A stretch of DNA of 64,000 bases from Escherichia phage PHB12, in sequence record MK524178.1. One strand, written 5' to 3'. This document shows positions 17,519 through 26,319 of this stretch, in pieces. Within the stretch, counting starts at the first letter, position 1. Each line of letters opens with the position of its first letter. The position numbers and the translations under genes are program-made. The notes beneath the pieces were generated by a model. That model was given only the letters and a program-made list of their open reading frames with translations, was not told where the DNA came from and made no database searches.

Positions 17519-17784
17519 TAGTATTTTTCCTCAGGTCGAAATACTGCACGACATGCCCACATGCTGGCTTCTTTTAGATGTTGCTTAGCATACTTAAGAG
17601 CCTGCACTGCATCCATATCTTCTTTGGTTTGTTGCTCTGATTCATTTTCTTTCAAGATATATGCTTCTTCAATCAGAGCATCAAACATCAATCCAAGACG
17701 GACTTCTGCATCTTTAATAGCGTTCACTTTACTGATTTTATCATCGGTATGCGGCTTGTAGCCTTTGATGTCTTCAATCGACAT
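17518..17784 (-). CDS. vs.4: Vs.4-like protein (Acb2 cyclic-nucleotide sponge family), 88 aa
   Basis: Internal ATG with SD GAGGAAAT; MSIEDIKGYKPHTDDKISKVNAIKDAEVRLG...KEASMWACRAVFRPEEKY resembles T4 Vs.4 as recalled; position between regB and the YfiD-like gene. Confidence 0.7.
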   Translation of the reverse strand: MSIEDIKGYKPHTDDKISKVNAIKDAEVRLGLMFDALIEEAYILKENESEQQTKEDMDAVQALKYAKQHLKEASMWACRAVFRPEEKY

Positions 17785-17998
17785 AAGGAATTTCCTCATC
17801 GGTGGCAAGGTCATATTCGACCAATTGGATAGGCTCGTTAATACCATATCCACGTACAGTGATATCGGTTGTCGGATATTTTCCAGTAATATCACCCATT
17901 CTAAATGCTTCAGTGAATGATTGCTCGCCTGAGCAACTAAACCAGGCGGCAAAACATTTTAAAACATCTTCAGACCCTTCTATAATCAATTTAGCCAT
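17774..17998 (-). CDS. small protein, 74 aa
   Basis: ORF track; stop overlaps the vs.4 start. Confidence 0.5.
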   Translation of the reverse strand: MAKLIIEGSEDVLKCFAAWFSCSGEQSFTEAFRMGDITGKYPTTDITVRGYGINEPIQLVEYDLATDEEIPYVD

Positions 17999-18360
17999 TA
18001 TAGACTCTCAGTAAAGGTACGAGCGATAACGTCGCGTTGCTGTTCTGGAGTCAGAGAGTTAAAGCGAACTGCATAACCGGATACACGGATGGTCAGCTGT
18101 GGATATTTTTCCGGATGCTTAACTGCATCTTCCAGAGTTTCACGACGCAGAACGTTAACGTTCAGATGTTGACCACCTTCAATTTTAACTTTAGGTTGAT
18201 GTTCAATTTCAATTTCACGGGCATTCAAACCGTAGAAAATTTCCGGGTCTACAATAGCGTCTTCTTTAAAAGTCTTAGAGACGATAATCCGGGCTTGAGT
18301 ACCGTCTTCAAAATAAATAGTGCCTTTATGTGCACCTTCAAGAATTTGATATGCTTTCAT
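17998..18360 (-). CDS. glycyl-radical spare-part protein (YfiD/GrcA-like)
   Basis: C-terminal two thirds match E. coli YfiD as recalled, including RVSGYAVRF. Confidence 0.85.
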   Translation of the reverse strand: MKAYQILEGAHKGTIYFEDGTQARIIVSKTFKEDAIVDPEIFYGLNAREIEIEHQPKVKIEGGQHLNVNVLRRETLEDAVKHPEKYPQLTIRVSGYAVRFNSLTPEQQRDVIARTFTESL

Positions 18361-18366
18361 ATAACC

Positions 18367-18675
18367 TCAATTAGAAAATAAATTTATCCAAGATTTTTCT
18401 TTAATCAAAAATGGGTCGGAATTAAACGCCATTAAACTTTGAGTGATTAATCCCTTAAATGGCCCATCAATAAATTCCATTTTGAAATGTGGAATACTAG
18501 TCATCAACCGTGCATTAGGAGCAGTACAAAGAACGTGCTGCCCTGCGAACGGACCTTTAGTCAAACGATATCGTTTAGGTTTAAAATGGTAAATCTCGTA
18601 ATTTTCTACAAGAGCCCTTTTATTGCATACTGGGCTGTTATAACAATACTCAAAAACTTCAATAGTGGTCATCAT
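18367..18675 (-). CDS. hypothetical protein (about 102 aa from the internal ATG)
   Basis: ORF track frame; likely start MMTTIEVFEY. Confidence 0.45.
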   Translation of the reverse strand: MMTTIEVFEYCYNSPVCNKRALVENYEIYHFKPKRYRLTKGPFAGQHVLCTAPNARLMTSIPHFKMEFIDGPFKGLITQSLMAFNSDPFLIKEKSWINLFSN

Positions 18676-19211
18676 TGCATTCCAATCACAAAAAATTGAG
18701 GACGAGCAATACCGCCGATGCAATATTTGCTTTTGCAGCAGTGCTGTACTGATTTAATATGGACATTGTAAATCTTATCCATATCAGGAGCTTTAATAGG
18801 CTCGTCAATTATATACAGAATACGAGAAAGCGTTAATCCACGGAATTTAGAACCTTCATTGCCAATAAAACTACGGACAGAATCAGTAAATAAACGGAAT
18901 CGAATATCATCGCTAGAATAACGAGAAAATTCTTTTTTAATGTTGCCAACAGAAATTTTAGCATAAGCTGAAGTATTAGAAAGAACAATAACTGTTCCAC
19001 CGTCGTACAGCCAATTAACAGCAAAATTAGTTACTGCGGTCGATTTACCTGATTGTCTGCCGCCGTCTAAACGAAGTGTACAGTACTGCTTGAGTACGTC
19101 TTCAAATGGCGGGATATAACCATTCTTACAAATTTCTTCTACTCTAGCATCAGAATGGTGTGTAAAAGCATTCATCAGGGATAGATAAGGTCCGGTTAAA
19201 AATGTTCTCAT
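18672..19211 (-). CDS. small P-loop NTPase, 179 aa
   Basis: Walker A GGRQSGKST and Walker-B-like ILYIIDEP. Confidence 0.6.
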   Translation of the reverse strand: MRTFLTGPYLSLMNAFTHHSDARVEEICKNGYIPPFEDVLKQYCTLRLDGGRQSGKSTAVTNFAVNWLYDGGTVIVLSNTSAYAKISVGNIKKEFSRYSSDDIRFRLFTDSVRSFIGNEGSKFRGLTLSRILYIIDEPIKAPDMDKIYNVHIKSVQHCCKSKYCIGGIARPQFFVIGMQ

Positions 19212-19484
19212 TTAGTTTCTCTTTTAGGTTGGGCTGTTCCGTGGCACATGAATTGTCCATTTCTGTATTTACCCATTACCGCACTTGGGCTCGACCTTAT
19301 TACAGGTTGGCGGGAATCCCTCATAGAATCATGAGGTCCAGGTTGTTCCCATGTTATTTGAATGTAAATATTTTTGCCTTAATACTTATACCAGTGTGGC
19401 TTCATTAAAATTTTTTCATCGAGTCATTTTACCTCTCCAAGTAATTATGAATATACTATCACAATTTTAGGAGAAAGTAAACTG

Positions 19485-19787
19485 TTATTTACCTTTAATT
19501 ACTTTAGCTGCTTCGATAGCCGCTTGCTGAAGGTCGTCCATAGACATACCGAATTTAGAAGCAAAGTTATCAATTTTCTTTTCGACAGCATTCAAAGGCT
19601 TGGCCTGTTTACCTTCATTAGCGCCAGGAAGAGCGAGAATACGCTCTTTGTCAATATAAAGGCTTACAAGTTTCTTACGGTCTTTATCGGATAAATCATG
19701 AAATGAATGGGCCTTTTTATTTATAGCGGCTTCTAATTTACCTGCACTCACTCGCGCTTCAGTAATAAATTCTTGATATGTTTTCAT
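19485..19787 (-). CDS. internal-protein-like head protein with capsid-targeting leader, 100 aa
   Basis: Begins MKTYQEFITEA, the T4 internal-protein targeting sequence, ending in an LxE-type protease site. Confidence 0.7.
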   Translation of the reverse strand: MKTYQEFITEARVSAGKLEAAINKKAHSFHDLSDKDRKKLVSLYIDKERILALPGANEGKQAKPLNAVEKKIDNFASKFGMSMDDLQQAAIEAAKVIKGK

Positions 19788-19828
19788 ATGTTTCCTTTAA
19801 ATGTAAATAGGCCTAAGTATCGGCCTTA

Positions 19829-20407
19829 TTAATTACCACGGGCTGCATTAGCAACGGCATAAGCGTACTGAACATTAGCGTCTTTAAACGTACCTTTAGA
19901 GGTGTCTATTTCTGCCTTAAAGCCGCCTTTAGCCATAACATCGGCAAATTCTTTACGGAAGGCCATTGCATCAAGACCCTTCCATGATGATTTATGCTTG
20001 GCAAATTCAAGACCTGCGAAGTTGACAGCTTTAGCCAATTTATTATCAATGACCCATTTACCGGCTTTAGGCACAAACTTCGGGCCTTTTTGTTTAGAGA
20101 ACAGTTTTAAATTCCAGCGACGAAGATCACTGTCGGCTTTAACAAAAGCTGCGTCTAAGTTACTAGCAACAACATCTTCAATATGAGCAAATTTAAGTCC
20201 GTCAACTTCAATATTTAGATCGTTACGCCAGCGAAGTCCTTCCCAAGCGAAGGCTTTAAAATCAGAAGCTTTTGTGGCTAGATATCGTTCAAGTGGAGCA
20301 GTTTTAGGGTCGAAGCCGTTTCCACCACGATAAGTCCACTCGTCCTTATTAATGCCTTGAGCTTTTCCTGCAAAGGCCTCGGCGATAAATTCTTTATATG
20401 TTTTCAT
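19829..20407 (-). CDS. internal protein (IPIII-like), 192 aa
   Basis: Begins MKTYKEFIAEA; length close to T4 IPIII. Confidence 0.7.
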   Translation of the reverse strand: MKTYKEFIAEAFAGKAQGINKDEWTYRGGNGFDPKTAPLERYLATKASDFKAFAWEGLRWRNDLNIEVDGLKFAHIEDVVASNLDAAFVKADSDLRRWNLKLFSKQKGPKFVPKAGKWVIDNKLAKAVNFAGLEFAKHKSSWKGLDAMAFRKEFADVMAKGGFKAEIDTSKGTFKDANVQYAYAVANAARGN

Positions 20408-20470
20408 TTTTGTTTCCTTGTTTGTTTTGATAGAGTAATTATACCATATTAATACTTAAGCGTAAACTGT

Positions 20471-20731
20471 TTAAGCTTTACCGCCGGAAATAATTCCGAA
20501 GTTGTTAAAATCGTATCCAATATCGTCGACATCTACTTTAGGGCTTGCTACAACATAAGCAATTTCACTACGTTTTGCATAGGTGTTGATTTCTTTACCA
20601 TCGCCACCTAAGAAAGAATACCCATTACGTTTTAATGAGCCAAAGTCTTCCGCATCACCAATGAAAGCTTTAACTTTAAATTTGGGGTCTTTGGCATCTG
20701 CTTCAATGATAAATTCTTGATACATTTTCAT
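20471..20731 (-). CDS. internal-protein-like protein, 86 aa
   Basis: Begins MKMYQEFIIEA. Confidence 0.65.
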   Translation of the reverse strand: MKMYQEFIIEADAKDPKFKVKAFIGDAEDFGSLKRNGYSFLGGDGKEINTYAKRSEIAYVVASPKVDVDDIGYDFNNFGIISGGKA

Positions 20732-20739
20732 TTTTTTCC

Positions 20740-21153
20740 TTAGTAAATTGATTTACCATAGTATTTGTACCAAGTCGGACGTTGAGCAATTTTTTCATCT
20801 AAGCGTGCTTGACTTATCGCAATGGACGCTTCGGACGGGACGTAATTATTACGAAATTCTACAGGAATGTCGGAAATATCCTGGACTGTCGTGTCCTTGA
20901 TTTTGAAACCACGTTTCAAACATTCGGTGATTAGCTCGATTTGACGTAAACGTAAAAATTCGAGTTTGTCGTAAAAGAATGTTACGTGACCTGTGCCTAA
21001 GATAAATGTTGGAGAGATTTTAAAATCTTTTACACGTTTACCGTTTTGAACATGTTTACGGACTGCACCAAATACGCGTGGTAATTCACGATACTCAGCC
21101 ATAAGATGTTGGTCGGTCAGTTCGGAAACGAGTGTTAAATTGATACGAGTCAT
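20740..21153 (-). CDS. denV: endonuclease V (pyrimidine-dimer DNA glycosylase)
   Basis: [12 protein letters not shown]...[10 protein letters not shown] closely matches T4 DenV as recalled; start refined to the internal ATG. Confidence 0.92.
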   Translation of the reverse strand: MTRINLTLVSELTDQHLMAEYRELPRVFGAVRKHVQNGKRVKDFKISPTFILGTGHVTFFYDKLEFLRLRQIELITECLKRGFKIKDTTVQDISDIPVEFRNNYVPSEASIAISQARLDEKIAQRPTWYKYYGKSIY

Positions 21154-21211
21154 AATTTCCTCCAAGTAGTTGATGAATGTATAGTATCAAAGTCCTTGGA
21201 GGAAGTAAACA

Positions 21212-21493
21212 CTATTTTTCTGAAGCGCCCGAAATATATTTTTCAAGACGTTGTTTCATCAGCGAGCCGTTCTTAGCGATTTCTTCCGGTTTATCGCACA
21301 TACGCAACAAGGCTTCAAGCTTAACGATATCACTGGTACGTTCAAATTTGCGAGTATCTATCTTACTAGCAAGTTCAGAAATACGTGCTAATAGACTTTC
21401 AGCTTCAACCAAAGCTGCACCTAGCTTAGTTGCAAATGTGTCAGTAGCTTCGTTAAGAATAGATTCTGATAAAAATTCACTATATGTTTTCAT
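21212..21493 (-). CDS. internal-protein-like protein (about 93 aa)
   Basis: From the internal ATG begins [11 protein letters not shown]. Confidence 0.6.
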   Translation of the reverse strand: MKTYSEFLSESILNEATDTFATKLGAALVEAESLLARISELASKIDTRKFERTSDIVKLEALLRMCDKPEEIAKNGSLMKQRLEKYISGASEK

Positions 21494-21978
21494 ATATACG
21501 CTTTCCAAGTTCCTGTTTTAAATGTTGAGATTACGCGTTTCGCGCGATTAGGTGTCTGACGATACCATTTAGATTGGGCTAGATTTACTGCCGCTTCGTC
21601 CCAACGTTTCTGTTGAAGCATACGAAGAGAATTAGTAAAACCAGCGACGCCTGCTACACCCATTTGGAAGACCATATTGACCAATGCACATCGACGAACT
21701 GCATCTAAAGAATCATATACCGGTTTAAGTTTAGCATTACCCAAGATTCCGCGAACGGCTTTATCAACGTCTTCATTAAATAGCTTTTCAGCCTCATCAA
21801 GGGTAATTGTACCGTTGCATTTACGTCCGATCATTCTGTCAAGTTCAGCTTTAGCTACGGCTAAAGACGGGTTCTTTGTTACTAAATGGCCTATGCCAAT
21901 CGTCCAAAAGCCTTCAGTGTCTTTGTATAAAGACAGTCTAAGACCTTCGTCATTACGAAGCATTTCAAATATATTCAT
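21490..21978 (-). CDS. e: lysozyme (endolysin)
   Basis: [15 protein letters not shown]...[12 protein letters not shown] closely matches T4 lysozyme as recalled; SD sits in a hairpin (ATACCTCC/GGAGGTAT) at 21980-22005. Confidence 0.93.
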   Translation of the reverse strand: MNIFEMLRNDEGLRLSLYKDTEGFWTIGIGHLVTKNPSLAVAKAELDRMIGRKCNGTITLDEAEKLFNEDVDKAVRGILGNAKLKPVYDSLDAVRRCALVNMVFQMGVAGVAGFTNSLRMLQQKRWDEAAVNLAQSKWYRQTPNRAKRVISTFKTGTWKAYI

Positions 21979-22012
21979 AATACCTCCCACGTTTATAGGA
22001 GGTATTTATTAC

Positions 22013-22471
22013 TTATAAGAGGGTAGTGAGCACCTTATATAATGATTTGCCCATTACATATTCCCATTGAGAAGGTTTAATTAAAGCGAATGCATCAAAT
22101 TCAGGAATCTGTCGTCCATCCGGGAACGTATGATAGGAATTACAAACACTGTTTCTGAATTGCTCGTGCTCTACAGGGATGGTATATAAGAACAGATGAA
22201 TATTCTTATTGTCTGAGTAATGATGTTCACCTAGGTCTTTCAGGAAGGCAGGGTCATATTGTGTAAACCCAGTTTCTTCTTCGCATTCACGAATAGCGGC
22301 TTCGATAGGAGATTCACCGGGCTCGACACGACCTTTAGGAATATCCCACCGATGAGCTAATGCACCTTTAGGACGAGAACCAGTTACACGGCCCATGAAT
22401 AACTCTTTATCTTCGGTAAGGAAAATAATACCGGCTGATAGTTCTTTCACTTTATTTTTCTTACTCATCAT
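22013..22471 (-). CDS. nudE: Nudix hydrolase
   Basis: Nudix box GRVEPGESPIEAAIRECEEETGF. Confidence 0.85.
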   Translation of the reverse strand: MMSKKNKVKELSAGIIFLTEDKELFMGRVTGSRPKGALAHRWDIPKGRVEPGESPIEAAIRECEEETGFTQYDPAFLKDLGEHHYSDNKNIHLFLYTIPVEHEQFRNSVCNSYHTFPDGRQIPEFDAFALIKPSQWEYVMGKSLYKVLTTLL

Positions 22472-22712
22472 CTCGGTCCCATGATTTGGCCATTAATTCG
22501 GACATAAATTCTTCAATGCGCGTTTCTTTAGATGGACTTTCACTATTAGAGACCGCAAGTTTGTAATCTGCAATAGGACAGAACATATCAAGGTCCATAT
22601 TAAGGTCGTCTTTGATTTTTTCTTCTGACACATCTTTATCGTATGTGTACAGATAACTATCACATGATTCTGATTTAATGTAAATTGCTATACTCATCTC
22701 AAATTCCTGCAT
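22461..22712 (-). CDS. small acidic protein, 83 aa
   Basis: ORF track. Confidence 0.5.
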   Translation of the reverse strand: MQEFEMSIAIYIKSESCDSYLYTYDKDVSEEKIKDDLNMDLDMFCPIADYKLAVSNSESPSKETRIEEFMSELMAKSWDRDDE

Positions 22713-23173
22713 TCGGTAATAAAACGTTCAACTTCATTATTCTTGGCTTTTATCTTGTCTTTATGTTCTTGTAAACTACTTTTAATAAGATTAATAATGA
22801 TGGCGGCGGTACCGCCGCCAATGATGCCACCAACAACGCTTATGATACTAGATGCTAATAAGATAGCAATAATATCAACAAAACCGAAAGAACTCACCTT
22901 AGTACTGAAAAACCATATAGATGGTACAAATATAATCCATCCTGTTATCCATTGGCACTTATTGAAAAACTTTTCAAGCTCAGCTTGAGTTGTTCGTATT
23001 ACTTCATCGATAGGTTGATATCCATTAATGTATCTGTTCACGATAATACCTGCTGGCTGGTCGATTTTAAATTCTTGGCAAATATGTTTCACTAAGTAGG
23101 ATGGACATCCTGTCCAATCTACTGAATAGTATGAAATACCTTCATTGCCATCGTCTATATTATTGTTAATCAT
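22694..23173 (-). CDS. membrane protein with C-terminal RFITECR tail, 159 aa
   Basis: Two hydrophobic segments; tail shared with four other ORFs in this block. Confidence 0.55.
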   Translation of the reverse strand: MINNNIDDGNEGISYYSVDWTGCPSYLVKHICQEFKIDQPAGIIVNRYINGYQPIDEVIRTTQAELEKFFNKCQWITGWIIFVPSIWFFSTKVSSFGFVDIIAILLASSIISVVGGIIGGGTAAIIINLIKSSLQEHKDKIKAKNNEVERFITECRNLR

Positions 23174-23859
23174 TACCAGCCTTCCATAGGGAATTCCAGA
23201 TAAACTTGAGCATTGACACGAATTTCATTGGTAATCTTTTTAACTCGGTCTGTATTACGAGATACACGTCCGAACCAACGCCATCCATTACTAATTGCAC
23301 GAGAACCAGTGTGCCATGTTTGCCAATCAAACTGAAGAAGAGTACGATCTGGAGCTTCCCATTTCTCTAGTTCACCTTTTTCAATTTTTTCGAGGACTTC
23401 TTTGTGCCACTGACGATAGATAAGTTCGCCATCAGGAATCTGACTGAACTCTGCAGTTCCTGTTGCAAAATGAGTAGGACACACGTCAGCGTTAACAAGA
23501 CCAAGAATATGTTCAGACAAATAGCGAGGATTGTCATAATCAGGTTGTCCTGCAGTAATAAAATGTTGTCCTGTTGGAATATCTGGGCGTGGTACGTCAT
23601 CATGGTGATATCCAGGAATAGCAGGGTACCAACCAGGCATCAGCATGTGGACTCGTGAATCAAATACTACATCCGAGTCTTTCCAATCGTCAGGAAGATT
23701 TTGGATAAAGCTACGAGTAATTGGGCCGCCATTATCAAAAGCAAAATTCAAATCGCAGTTAAAGAACATAGGCTCGTTTTTAATCTGGTCGTTTTTAATC
23801 GCATGAGCAAAACCGCCTACTGCACGAGCTTGACTATTAAACACTTTAGAACTATTCAT
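23173..23859 (-). CDS. hypothetical protein, 228 aa (possible Fe/2OG-oxygenase-like, very tentative)
   Basis: ORF track; His/Asp-rich patch GYHHDDVP; no firm family assignment. Confidence 0.5.
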   Translation of the reverse strand: MNSSKVFNSQARAVGGFAHAIKNDQIKNEPMFFNCDLNFAFDNGGPITRSFIQNLPDDWKDSDVVFDSRVHMLMPGWYPAIPGYHHDDVPRPDIPTGQHFITAGQPDYDNPRYLSEHILGLVNADVCPTHFATGTAEFSQIPDGELIYRQWHKEVLEKIEKGELEKWEAPDRTLLQFDWQTWHTGSRAISNGWRWFGRVSRNTDRVKKITNEIRVNAQVYLEFPMEGW

Positions 23860-23860
23860 A

Positions 23861-24166
23861 TTATTTTCCTCGACATTCTTTAATGAAATTTTCTAGATTG
23901 GTAGATTCAATAGCTTTTTTACGAGCTTCTGCGTGTTCTTCTTCGGACAATTTACATTTATAATTGACCCAGACATTATGGTCGAAACTAGTCGTAGCAT
24001 ATAATAACAATGCTCCAACGAATAGCAAAAACGGCGATAAGAATACAAAACCAGGAACACCATCCATATCGTAAGCCTTTTGTAATACTGCAACAGAAAG
24101 GGCTGCGTAAAAAGGTGATGCAAATATTGTTAAAAGACCAATTCGGTTGGTTTCGCCTAATTTCAT
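23861..24166 (-). CDS. two-TM membrane protein with C-terminal ENFIKECR tail, 101 aa
   Basis: Hydrophobic helices LLTIFASPFYAALSVAVL and FVFLSPFLLFVGALLLY. Confidence 0.55.
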   Translation of the reverse strand: MKLGETNRIGLLTIFASPFYAALSVAVLQKAYDMDGVPGFVFLSPFLLFVGALLLYATTSFDHNVWVNYKCKLSEEEHAEARKKAIESTNLENFIKECRGK

Positions 24167-24185
24167 AATATTCTCCTCATGTTTT

Positions 24186-24226
24186 AATAGGACTACTATA
24201 ACATAGTCCCTATAATTGTGTAAACA
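24186..24226 (-). promoter_or_regulatory. early promoter with palindrome (PeSL-type cassette)
   Basis: Minus-sense GTTTAC; inverted repeat TAGGACTA/TAGTCC over the -10 region. Confidence 0.55.
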
Positions 24227-24237
24227 GTTTTGTGAAG

Positions 24238-25194
24238 TTATTTGAAAGGTTTTACCATATGGAAATTTTGTTTGAAACGTTTGACGTAATCATCATGTCC
24301 TAAGCTTTGGTACATACTTACTACTTTGCTGTAGTTTTCCCAGGCGTATTCACGGAACCAACCGGAGGTGATGCTTGTACAGACTTTTTCCAATGCCATC
24401 ATGAAACTGGCTTCAGGGTTAATTTTAAAGTCATTAGGAATCTGAGAACGTTCTAATGCTAGTACACATGATTCTTCGTATACACCGGCCAACTTGACCA
24501 TTTCTGGTAATGATTCGAACTTCTCGCGTGAGGTCATGACTTCAGAACCATCTTTCATATAAAATGTATACGCTGGACGGTCTGTTAGCGCAATGGCTTC
24601 ATGAATAGTATCATGGTCATATGTATAGATGCCATCTTTAAAGAACGCACTTTTAGAAGTGTCAAGAACTGGGTGAACATAGTTCAAGGTTTCTTTCTGG
24701 CGTTTCAGCATAATTTCAGTAAGTTCATCGTTCAGTGTAACACCTTTACCACGAAGATACTGAATATGGTTCATAGTCTTTAAAAAGAACGGATTATTTT
24801 TCTTGAAACGATGAGACATCTTAATTGCAAGACATATCTCAGGAGTCGCCCAGTAAAACCCGTTCAAACGGTCTTTAGTCAAATTTTTCTTGGCGTATTT
24901 TAAAAGGTCATAAGAAGACGTGAAATCTTCAGGAGTGAGTTCACCGACTAATTCACGGGCATTAGTGATTGCCGGAACAATATATGCTTCAAAATGAGTT
25001 TCGCGTCCATTATGGAAGCATTTGAAAACTTGGACATCAGGGTTATCTTGATGAACATATACACCCATCATTTGATTTTTGAACGCATTCCAAGAACATT
25101 GGTCTGCAATAAAGTCCCAATCACTATTTTTGATAGCGCTAGAATCAATAAGACCGTGATAGTGAAGTGCACGAGAACCAATAACTAACATCAT
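24238..25194 (-). CDS. hypothetical protein, 318 aa (possible nucleotidyltransferase-like N-terminus)
   Basis: N-terminal IGSRAL...SDWDF; spacing is atypical for a Pol-beta motif. Confidence 0.5.
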   Translation of the reverse strand: MMLVIGSRALHYHGLIDSSAIKNSDWDFIADQCSWNAFKNQMMGVYVHQDNPDVQVFKCFHNGRETHFEAYIVPAITNARELVGELTPEDFTSSYDLLKYAKKNLTKDRLNGFYWATPEICLAIKMSHRFKKNNPFFLKTMNHIQYLRGKGVTLNDELTEIMLKRQKETLNYVHPVLDTSKSAFFKDGIYTYDHDTIHEAIALTDRPAYTFYMKDGSEVMTSREKFESLPEMVKLAGVYEESCVLALERSQIPNDFKINPEASFMMALEKVCTSITSGWFREYAWENYSKVVSMYQSLGHDDYVKRFKQNFHMVKPFK

Positions 25195-25222
25195 AATATT
25201 TTCCTCGGATTAATTCATTAAC

Positions 25223-25462
25223 TTAAATTTCACGACATGCGATATCATATTCATCCCAGAGGTCATCGTGTGAAGCCTCTACTAATGGAACGATTGTACC
25301 ATTTATGTCTTCATTATAAGGGCAAATTGTACAGTGCGCATCTTCGAATCGGATGCCTTTGTGTTCAGATTTTTTATAACGCATATCGAATATCTTTGCA
25401 AACTTTTCACGAGTAATGGTTTTAGCAACCACTTTGGTTCCAATACTTTCATAATAAATCAT
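25223..25462 (-). CDS. small Cys/His-containing protein, 79 aa
   Basis: ORF track; HCTICPY motif. Confidence 0.5.
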   Translation of the reverse strand: MIYYESIGTKVVAKTITREKFAKIFDMRYKKSEHKGIRFEDAHCTICPYNEDINGTIVPLVEASHDDLWDEYDIACREI

Positions 25463-25480
25463 TGTGGACTCCGTTTAATT

Positions 25481-25521
25481 TGATAGGACTACTATAACAT
25501 AGCCCTATCTTGTTGTAAACT
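25481..25521 (-). promoter_or_regulatory. early promoter with palindrome (PeSL-type cassette)
   Basis: Minus-sense GTTTAC plus near-copy of the TAGGACTACTATAACATAG element. Confidence 0.55.
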
Positions 25522-25524
25522 GTT

Positions 25525-25722
25525 TTAGCAAGAATAACTAGATGATACCCAGCCTTGAACAGTGATACTATTGTGGGATAATGAGATCGCGTCCTGGAGA
25601 TTCAGACCTGCGTTATCTTCAATCCATAACGTAACTTCTTCGCTTTCTTCTGTTGCAATTTGGAACAGGTTTTCCAGAGCAGCTACTGCCGTACGTACAG
25701 CACAATCTAATTCACGAGACAT
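25525..25722 (-). CDS. Cys-tail family member (ends WVSSSYSC), 65 aa
   Basis: C-terminal G-W-V-S-S-S-x-x-C shared with two adjacent paralogs. Confidence 0.6.
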   Translation of the reverse strand: MSRELDCAVRTAVAALENLFQIATEESEEVTLWIEDNAGLNLQDAISLSHNSITVQGWVSSSYSC

Positions 25723-25731
25723 ATGGTTTCC

Positions 25732-26004
25732 TTAGCAAGTGTGAGAAGATGCGATCCAACCACCAGTTTCGAGGCTTAGGTTGTAGTCGTATTGGTAAAC
25801 GTCGGCCCATTCAGCATAGCCGTTTTTTGTACAACGTTCAAGGTCGGCTTTAAGCTGTCCGGGTGAATGATATGTTCCACCCATACCATAAGCTGGATAC
25901 AAGTCGAATGTTGTGTTTTGTTTATCAGCAATTTCTTTGGCAGCCTCAATAGCTGCATAGATTTTTGCTACAGCTTCAGCCAGTTCGGTTTGTTCTTTAG
26001 ACAT
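25732..26004 (-). CDS. Cys-tail family member (ends WIASSHTC), 90 aa
   Basis: Same C-terminal motif; the stop codon is followed directly by the SD of the next gene. Confidence 0.6.
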   Translation of the reverse strand: MSKEQTELAEAVAKIYAAIEAAKEIADKQNTTFDLYPAYGMGGTYHSPGQLKADLERCTKNGYAEWADVYQYDYNLSLETGGWIASSHTC

Positions 26005-26013
26005 AATGATTCC

Positions 26014-26319
26014 TTAGCACAACGCAGAAGACGAAACCCAAGCACCTTCAGTAATAACGTAACCATTACCTTCACGCTTAACATCGCCACCATTATTTTC
26101 AATTTCATCTTTCATCCACTGGGATACGATTTCACCCTTAGGATAATAAGTACGACCGCTACCATAATCACCTACAGAAAATGATACGGCATATTGGTCT
26201 GCGATCTTTGTTGCTTCTTCTTCGATACGTTCAGCTTGGTTCAGAAGTTTATAAATTGCATCTGAAGCGGATTTGGCATCATTAAACTCTGGTACTTTAA
26301 TTTCAATAATCTTACTCAT
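26014..26319 (-). CDS. Cys-tail family member (ends WVSSSALC), 101 aa
   Basis: Same C-terminal motif; N-terminal amphipathic helix. Confidence 0.6.
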   Translation of the reverse strand: MSKIIEIKVPEFNDAKSASDAIYKLLNQAERIEEEATKIADQYAVSFSVGDYGSGRTYYPKGEIVSQWMKDEIENNGGDVKREGNGYVITEGAWVSSSALC

